A DNA stretch of 61,336 nt, from positions 1-61,336 of the forward strand of contig JALHRM010000006.1 in assembly GCA_022841445.1 (NCBI GenBank), given 5' to 3'. The notes beneath the pieces are model-generated. The model was not told the origin of the DNA and did not search any database. It was given only the letters and a program-made list of their open reading frames with translations. The DNA comes from Candidatus Saccharimonadota bacterium (GTDB taxonomy: Bacteria; Patescibacteriota; Saccharimonadia; Saccharimonadales; UBA10212). Made by a program: the position numbers and the translations under genes. How positions within the stretch are numbered: the first letter of the stretch is position 1; each line of letters opens with the position of its first letter. Below are positions 55,552 through 61,336 of this stretch, piece after piece.

Positions 55552-56367
55552 ATGTATTTGGCAGTCGATGTCGGAGGGACAAAAACGTTACTGGCCGTCT
55601 TTGATAAGGACGGTGCTATTACTACGCAGTACAAGTTCCCCACCCCTCAAGATTATGAGGAGTTCAAGGTCGAGTTGAAGAAAGCTGTTGAAACGCAGTT
55701 GGCAGGTAGTCGGCCGGAACATGCTTGCATTGCAATTCCAGGCAGGTTCAGCCCTGATAAGAAATTTGCACTTGGCTACGGTAATCTCACTTGGCAAACT
55801 CCAACTCCAATTGTTGATGATCTAACATCTGTGCTAGGATTCCCATTTATTACTGAGAATGATGCAAAGTTAGCTGGTTTATCCGAGGCTATTTTAGTCC
55901 AGCAAAAGTATAAAAAAGTTCAGTTCTTTACTATTTCAACTGGAATAGGCGGGGCTATTATCATAAATGGTGTTTTAGACCCAAATCTTATTACTGCCGA
56001 ACAAGGTCATATGAAATTTTCCACCCAAGCCGGACTTACGGATTGGGAAGATATTAGTTCCGGGAAGGCACTAGTTGCGAAATACGGTCAACGTGCATCA
56101 GAGCTAGAAGATACATCAGCCTGGGAGGAATTTTCTAAAATGCTTGCACTCGGAATCCACAATGCTTGTGCAAATATCCAACCGGATTGCGTAATTTTAG
56201 GTGGTGGTGTGGGTGCACATTTTAAGAAGTACGGCCACTTCGTTAATGAAGAACTCAGGAAGTTAGAGAACGGGCTAGTTCCCTATGTTCCAGTAATAGG
56301 TGCGCAGCGTGCGGAAGAAGCAGTAATTTACGGGTGCTATGAGCTCATCAAGCAAAAGCTGGCCTGA
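55552..56367 (+). CDS. ROK-family sugar kinase-like protein (lacks the ROK Zn Cys motif)
   Basis: MYLAVDVGGTKTLLAVFDKDG (phosphate-1), ENDAKLAGLSE, and ISTGIGGAII. No CxCGxxGC motif is present. The ATG at 55552 is preferred over the track's TTG at 55543. Confidence 0.65.
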   Translation: MYLAVDVGGTKTLLAVFDKDGAITTQYKFPTPQDYEEFKVELKKAVETQLAGSRPEHACIAIPGRFSPDKKFALGYGNLTWQTPTPIVDDLTSVLGFPFITENDAKLAGLSEAILVQQKYKKVQFFTISTGIGGAIIINGVLDPNLITAEQGHMKFSTQAGLTDWEDISSGKALVAKYGQRASELEDTSAWEEFSKMLALGIHNACANIQPDCVILGGGVGAHFKKYGHFVNEELRKLENGLVPYVPVIGAQRAEEAVIYGCYELIKQKLA

Positions 56368-56833
56368 TCTGCTGGCTCAGGTTAAGAAGGATTTTCCGGA
56401 ACTGACTTTTACTCCGGCACCAAGAAGTAGTTGGTCTCCAAAAAATAAAACCGTTTTTTATAATATGTCGACAACTAGTAAGCACCGGCAGTGCTCGCTG
56501 CTACATGAGATTGCCCACAGTTTGCTTGGGCATACTAATTTTGGCTCCGACTTTGAACTACTACAGATAGAACTTGAAGCCTGGGAGAAAGCCAAGATAC
56601 TAGCCAAGAATTACGGCCTTAGCGTTAGCGACTTACATGTTCAGGACTGTCTTGATACCTATCGAGACTGGCTGCATGATCGTAGTAGCTGCCCCGATTG
56701 TGGACTTAGTAGTATTCAGCACAACAAGACGACTTACCGCTGTTTAAATTGCCGAAAATCTTGGTCGGTAAGCACAAGTAGGATGAATCGGCCTTACAGA
56801 AGAACCAAACAAAAAGCCACTCCAGAGGAGTAG
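56339..56833 (+). CDS. HExxH metallopeptidase-like protein with C-terminal Zn-ribbon (ImmA/IrrE-like)
   Basis: LLHEIAHSLLGH plus CPDCG...x13...CLNC. It overlaps the ROK gene by 29 nt. Confidence 0.55.
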   Translation: MSSSSKSWPDLLAQVKKDFPELTFTPAPRSSWSPKNKTVFYNMSTTSKHRQCSLLHEIAHSLLGHTNFGSDFELLQIELEAWEKAKILAKNYGLSVSDLHVQDCLDTYRDWLHDRSSCPDCGLSSIQHNKTTYRCLNCRKSWSVSTSRMNRPYRRTKQKATPEE

Positions 56834-56859
56834 CTTTTTGTATGTTGTAGTAGTTACTA

Positions 56860-57063
56860 CTAAACAGTTTTTTTGGTGCGACGACTAATGCGTCCACCTT
56901 TGGCACCAGCTACACGAGCTAGTTCACGGTTGGCGTAGAATCCACCAGTACGACCTAATTTACCACCGGCTGCACCGATTTTTGCGTAAAAGTCAGTTCC
57001 GTACTTTGTCTTGTTAGTTGCAGCGGCCTTTTTGCCACCAGCTTTTGTTCCAGCCATTTTCAT
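56860..57063 (-). CDS. KGG-repeat small stress-protein-like basic protein
   Basis: Repeats G(A/T)KAGGKK, GAAGGKLGRTGG and GAKGGRISR follow the KGG-motif general-stress family pattern; 67 aa. Confidence 0.65.
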   Translation of the reverse strand: MKMAGTKAGGKKAAATNKTKYGTDFYAKIGAAGGKLGRTGGFYANRELARVAGAKGGRISRRTKKTV

Positions 57064-57103
57064 GACTCCTATAATTAAGTAGTTATGTCACACCTTCGTT
57101 GGA

Positions 57104-57142
57104 TAAAAAAAGAGGGCTCTGGCCAATCCAGATACCCTCTCT
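57104..57142 (-). terminator. Rho-independent terminator after 57222..57722
   Basis: Minus-strand RNA reads AGAGGGUAUCUGGAUUGGCCAGAGCCCUCUUUUUUUAUCC. The GC-rich interrupted stem (AGAGGG/CCCUCU plus CUGG/CCAG) is followed by a U7 run. Confidence 0.75.
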
Positions 57143-57221
57143 CATTCCGCTTGAATTGCGGTTATGATATCACTGAGTTGTTCTTATGTCAACAATAATT
57201 ATTCGTTCTACTACTAGCTTC

Positions 57222-57722
57222 TTAACGATCATCCGCTGGGCCACGAGAACCACTGCCGGTTTCCACGCTATCGGACGCACTTTTCTTATCATCGTTTACT
57301 GGCTGACTGGTAGTGTTTGTCTGGTTATTACCGATGTTAATTGGTGCAACTTCAACAATCTTACCAGTTGATGGACGATAGAGTATGGCCTTTTTGGCCT
57401 GCGGGAAAATTAACACCCTGTCACCATTCCTCGCGTTAGCAAAAAACTGCTGCGTCTTGAGTTTGGCAACATCCGTAACAGTAGCGACGGTAGGTTCCTC
57501 GTTGGGAAGTTGGATTAGTTTGGCAACATCAGCTTTTAGTTGTGCTGTTTCTAACTTAGCGGCTTCTCCTGGTGTTGAAAGTCGCTTGTTTTCTTCACGC
57601 AAACTATTAGTAGTGTTTATCTGATACGCCAACATTGCTGCCAGCAGTCCTACTATTAATACACTGATTAGCACCATGCCATTTTTACGACTCAAACGCA
57701 GCTTGTTCTTCACACTCATCAA
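57222..57722 (-). CDS. Hypothetical single-pass membrane protein
   Basis: 166-aa ORF with TM MVLISVLIVGLLAAMLAY, a coiled-coil-like segment, and a polar tail. Confidence 0.6.
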   Translation of the reverse strand: MMSVKNKLRLSRKNGMVLISVLIVGLLAAMLAYQINTTNSLREENKRLSTPGEAAKLETAQLKADVAKLIQLPNEEPTVATVTDVAKLKTQQFFANARNGDRVLIFPQAKKAILYRPSTGKIVEVAPINIGNNQTNTTSQPVNDDKKSASDSVETGSGSRGPADDR

Positions 57723-57807
57723 CTAACCCCTTACTCCTCTGACAGATTTTTAAAACTTGTTCTCATTCTAACCGCTTATGAATTGATGAGCAAATGCAAC
57801 AATGCAT

Positions 57808-60800
57808 TTATGGACTATTGACCTGAACCGCCGTCCAGGAGAAGGTCAATTCTTCGGGAGCTGGTTCTTTCAAGATAATTTCGAAACCTTCTTTGGTAAC
57901 GTTCTGATAACTGTAGCTGTTAAACTTACCCCCACCAAGACTCAATGTAATGATTGGCACGTCTTCATACGGCACTTTGAAGGTAACTTTTGCCGATGTA
58001 GCACCCGGCAGAATCTTGGCGTAACCTGCTGCATCCTCATTAAACGTTGTCTTACCCTTTACTGTGACATTGCCTGCGAACGTCGCATCGGCTTCGAAGC
58101 GTACCATCTGCTTGAAGGTAGCTGGTCCGTCGACTACTAGCGCGCCCTGGACTATTAGGTCAAGCTGAACTGTCAAAGCTCCAACACTTAGATCATTAAG
58201 GTTTATGCGTTGCCCGGTGTCGGTAGTCAGGCCGTTGCTCTCTTCTGACGATTCATCGATACCTCGATTGTTAGTGCTTGATAGTTGATACTGTTCAACT
58301 TCATTAAGTGCTTGACTTGCCTCAGCAGTGTCATCGTCAGCCACGTCCTCGCTGATAGCTTGTAAATCAATTGGTGCTTCGTCGTTGGGCGCCTGTTCAT
58401 CCACTGATAATCCGGAACTTACTGCTGCATCATCTTGCCAGATGCGAAAGAAATCGACATCAAGGTTAGCGGCATTGGTGTTGGCGTCCCAGTCGGCCTT
58501 AAGAAAAGCCGTCATACCAGCTGTATTAATGTTGGCTGTGTTACCGGTTCCACACTCTGTTAGGCTAACGCCGTTACTGACGTCGGGATCAATATAGAAT
58601 TTAACCAAAGATGTCGACATTACTTTGATGATAAGCAGTGCGAATTGGGTCTCGGAAACGGCTACTCCACAAGCAGTGTTAGTAGAAGCACCACCATTGT
58701 CAGTTACCGCATACCAGTCAGCCGTACCGGTAGTACCGGCGGTGTTACTGGCATTACTAAAGTAGATACCGTTAGTTGGTGCGCCAGACGCAGGAGCATT
58801 CGTCATGCCACCGTCCCACATGCCAGCAAAGAACTGATGGTCAGTATCTGGTACACCAGCGCCAGCGACGGATGGGCGAACCTTCATAACAATCGTCGGC
58901 AAGTTATCGGCATCGAGCCAGGTATTAGCAGTCGCGGCACCCAAATCAGTGTGCATTAGTGAACAAGATGCTGCAACCGCGTTAGCTACCATAGTGGTAT
59001 AGCCATTGATACCATCTGCTGCGCCATCCCATGTGCAAGTACCTGTTTCCCCAGTACTCCATTCGGTATTATCACCCCAGTTCTGGTTACCGTCAGCAAC
59101 TACCTGAGCGCGGTCTTTAAAGAATTCATCAACATACATGGAGTTATAGTCGATAAATGCCCCTGCTTCCAAAGAAGCACCAAAGTTAGTTGAGTGATCC
59201 TGCATTCTTAGCAGTGTGTTGGGTGTTGCAGCACTATCAGTGACGCTGAGTACTGCAGTATTGTCGGTAGCTCCAAGCTTTATAACTGGACTGGCATCGT
59301 CAAAACGTATATCTTCATCCCAACCGGTGCCAATCCTGAGCGCCCGCTCGAGTACCGTCGCATCTGCTGAGGCAAGGTTATTTATGTTAAGCCCGTAAAG
59401 AATGTCTGCATCACCGGTATTGGCGCTCGTTACATCAATCTGCAAACCAGCCACAGTATCAACATTGGCATCAGCCCCAAGCGTCAGATTAATATCGGTC
59501 ATAAGTCCATCGTCTGTCACCGTGCCGTTCATGACAAAACTTGAATCATTATCTAGTGTAAAGGTGATGTCCGATGCGCCGTTTGGTGCGAATGTAATCC
59601 CACCAATGTTATCAAAGGTGGCAAAAGCCGTAGTACCGTCACGGATAGCCAAATCACCGGTAGTGGTTAAATCGAGTAACAGGCCAGTAGTACTATCAAT
59701 ATTTAATACTTTGTCAGTGTCAGCATCGTACACATTATCAAGATCAAATCCACCGCAGGCCCAGACATCAGTCGTTTCATTCCATTTTAGAGTCTGCGTA
59801 TCTGTGCAGCCTTGTAGTAAGGCTAGTCCCGATGACAATACTTCTAGTCCAGAACCTGAGCTGGTGTTCGCGCTCAGGCCATCAGCGGCAGCCGCCAGCG
59901 TAAGAGTGATGTTATTTGCTCCGACGACGATAGCACCATTAGCAGAAGCAACATCTAATGCATCACCATTGACCGCTAAACCGGCACCTGCCAGCGTCGA
60001 TTCAGAAATATCAAAATCAATGGTGTCGGTGCCGGAATTGCCAGTAATGGTCAGATTTGAACCTGTTGCAGTCAGATTGAGCGTATCAGTTGCACTGTCT
60101 GCCACTGGATCAGTGCCAGCCGGTGCGTTAAATGTTTCGAAAGAATTGCCGGCTGCCCCTCCAGCATCGGCGGCGCAAGCCCAGACGTCCGTGGTTTCGT
60201 TCCATTTTAGTATTTCGTTGTTGGCACAGCCCTGTAATAGGGCGAGGCCGGAGCCTAGGACTTCTAGACCAGAACCAGAACTGGTCGTAGAACTAAGCCC
60301 ATCGGCCGATGCAGCGAGAGTTAAGTTAATGTCATCAGCATTGACGACAATCCCGCCATTACCGGAAGCAATGTTCAGTGTTACGCCGTCTGCTGCTCCT
60401 CCACCCGTCAAACCAGTACCCGCAGTCACAGATTCAATCTCGCCGGTCACTTCGGCTTCGGTAAGTCCACCATCGAGTACATTAAGTTCAGTGCCTGATA
60501 TTAACGTACCTTGGTTATCAATTACGGTAGTGTAGCCACCGCCGCCGCTATTTTGGATGCGAATAGCAGTCGTTATTGCCAAGTTGGTATCGGCATTATC
60601 GATAGTTAATCCTTCGTCTAATCCGTTACCGTTCGCGGAGTCGGCCTGCTGTATAAAGAGCCCTCTTGTTGTTCCGGCTGTAGCTGATGGAGTCCCCTGA
60701 AGCGCAAAAATATCTACAGTACCGCCCAGGTCGCTTATTACATCCAGGTCTTCGGTACCAGCAAGTGTCCAAGTTTGATCAGCCGTCCAACTGAAGCTGG

Positions 60801-61336
60801 TATTTTGATTGATAGCAACGTCGTTAGCGTTCACAGTGATGCCAGTTCCTGCACCGATATCCAGGGCATCACCGTTTACCGCCAAACCCGCGCCAGCGAG
60901 TGTTGATTCGGAGATATCAAAGTCCAATGTGTCAGTCCCTGAATCGCCAGTAATTGTTAGATTTGTCCCCGTTACGGTAAAGTTTAGAGTATCCGTTGTA
61001 CTATCTGCAACAGGATCTGTTCCAGAAGGTACGTTTATGGTTCCGAAAATGTTGTTACTTGCACCGGTAGCATCGCTTGCGCACGCCCAGACATCTGTTG
61101 TTTCATTCCATTTGAGTATGTCGTTATCTGCACAGCCCTGGAGCAGAGTGAGTCCAGATGCCAGTACTTCGAGACCAGAGCCGGAGTTGGTTGTCGAACT
61201 AAGACCATTGGCAGATGCGGCAAGCGCCAACGTAATGTCATCAGCATTAACCGTAATACCATTGCCAGCACCAATAGCCAGGGTGGGAGTCGAGCCTTCA
61301 CCGGAAGCACTACCAGTTAAGCCACCACCAGCGCTG
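57808..61336 (-). CDS. Giant surface protein, C-terminal 1176 aa (N-terminus beyond window end)
   Basis: The track start at 61230 is an internal TTG. My translation of 61335-61231 continues in frame (SAGGGLTGSASGEGSTPTLAIGAGNGITVNADDIT-LALAASANGLSS) and repeats the downstream module. There are three modules with LLQGC..N.ILKWNETTDVWAC and a jelly-roll-like middle. The C-terminus VTFKVPYEDVPIITLSLGGGKFNSYSYQNVTKEGFEIILKE...FSWTAV resembles an H-type-lectin pattern. Confidence 0.85.
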   Translation of the reverse strand, partial: SAGGGLTGSASGEGSTPTLAIGAGNGITVNADDITLALAASANGLSSTTNSGSGLEVLASGLTLLQGCADNDILKWNETTDVWACASDATGASNNIFGTINVPSGTDPVADSTTDTLNFTVTGTNLTITGDSGTDTLDFDISESTLAGAGLAVNGDALDIGAGTGITVNANDVAINQNTSFSWTADQTWTLAGTEDLDVISDLGGTVDIFALQGTPSATAGTTRGLFIQQADSANGNGLDEGLTIDNADTNLAITTAIRIQNSGGGGYTTVIDNQGTLISGTELNVLDGGLTEAEVTGEIESVTAGTGLTGGGAADGVTLNIASGNGGIVVNADDINLTLAASADGLSSTTSSGSGLEVLGSGLALLQGCANNEILKWNETTDVWACAADAGGAAGNSFETFNAPAGTDPVADSATDTLNLTATGSNLTITGNSGTDTIDFDISESTLAGAGLAVNGDALDVASANGAIVVGANNITLTLAAAADGLSANTSSGSGLEVLSSGLALLQGCTDTQTLKWNETTDVWACGGFDLDNVYDADTDKVLNIDSTTGLLLDLTTTGDLAIRDGTTAFATFDNIGGITFAPNGASDITFTLDNDSSFVMNGTVTDDGLMTDINLTLGADANVDTVAGLQIDVTSANTGDADILYGLNINNLASADATVLERALRIGTGWDEDIRFDDASPVIKLGATDNTAVLSVTDSAATPNTLLRMQDHSTNFGASLEAGAFIDYNSMYVDEFFKDRAQVVADGNQNWGDNTEWSTGETGTCTWDGAADGINGYTTMVANAVAASCSLMHTDLGAATANTWLDADNLPTIVMKVRPSVAGAGVPDTDHQFFAGMWDGGMTNAPASGAPTNGIYFSNASNTAGTTGTADWYAVTDNGGASTNTACGVAVSETQFALLIIKVMSTSLVKFYIDPDVSNGVSLTECGTGNTANINTAGMTAFLKADWDANTNAANLDVDFFRIWQDDAAVSSGLSVDEQAPNDEAPIDLQAISEDVADDDTAEASQALNEVEQYQLSSTNNRGIDESSEESNGLTTDTGQRINLNDLSVGALTVQLDLIVQGALVVDGPATFKQMVRFEADATFAGNVTVKGKTTFNEDAAGYAKILPGATSAKVTFKVPYEDVPIITLSLGGGKFNSYSYQNVTKEGFEIILKEPAPEELTFSWTAVQVNSP

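Noticed and set aside
59402-60535. Long plus-strand ORFs antisense to the giant genes: 59402..60535 (377 aa), 26407..27168 (253 aa), 20731..21471 (246 aa), 33569..34084, 40..354, 736..981 and others
   Set aside because: They lie entirely inside much longer minus-strand ORFs with clear domain content. Their products are low-complexity (S/P/V/A-rich). That is what the reverse complement of GGT/ACC/GCT-rich coding sequence yields, because such sequence rarely produces stop codons.
1-61336. Alternative genetic code (UGA recoding, as in some CPR lineages)
   Set aside because: All recognisable housekeeping genes are full length under the standard code and terminate at sensible positions. No in-frame UGA interruptions were seen.

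Overview
This 61.3-kb window looks like a reduced-genome CPR/Patescibacteria bacterium, most like Saccharibacteria/TM7. That assignment is an inference from gene content: short IF-2 and S1, class II RNR with NrdR, many giant T/G/S/N-rich surface proteins, standard stop codons. No rRNA, tRNA, CRISPR array or transposase was recognised. Positions 1-27917 form an accessory island entirely on the minus strand. It holds a partial giant surface protein that runs off the left edge, a membrane protein, and an isolated two-gene ketosynthase operon (FabF-like plus FabH-like) with no ACP or other FAS II genes nearby. It also holds two secreted multidomain glycan-active proteins (lyase-like jelly roll, Ig repeats, CBM6, shared C-terminal module) and a 2439-aa Kelch/propeller giant. 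The last two ORFs (789 aa and 2318 aa) read as one ~3100-aa gene interrupted by a single-base frame change near 25595. Positions 28178-57722 are mostly housekeeping: rplU, ileS with a T-box-like leader, nrdJ, nrdR, ftsZ, ftsA, map, adk, yqeY-like, rpsU, priA, def, fmt, infB, rpsA and a ROK kinase. Interspersed are a paralogue of the lyase-like surface protein and several orphan ORFs. The right edge (57808-61336) is the C-terminal 1176 aa of another giant surface protein whose start lies off-window. The items most worth follow-up are the surface/glycan island with its split giant gene, the orphan condensing-enzyme pair, an eight-fold Cys-pair propeller repeat, a 690-nt unexplained spacer between ileS and rplU, and the short-Stem-I style ileS T-box. 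All family assignments come from motif recognition by eye and need HMM or BLAST confirmation.
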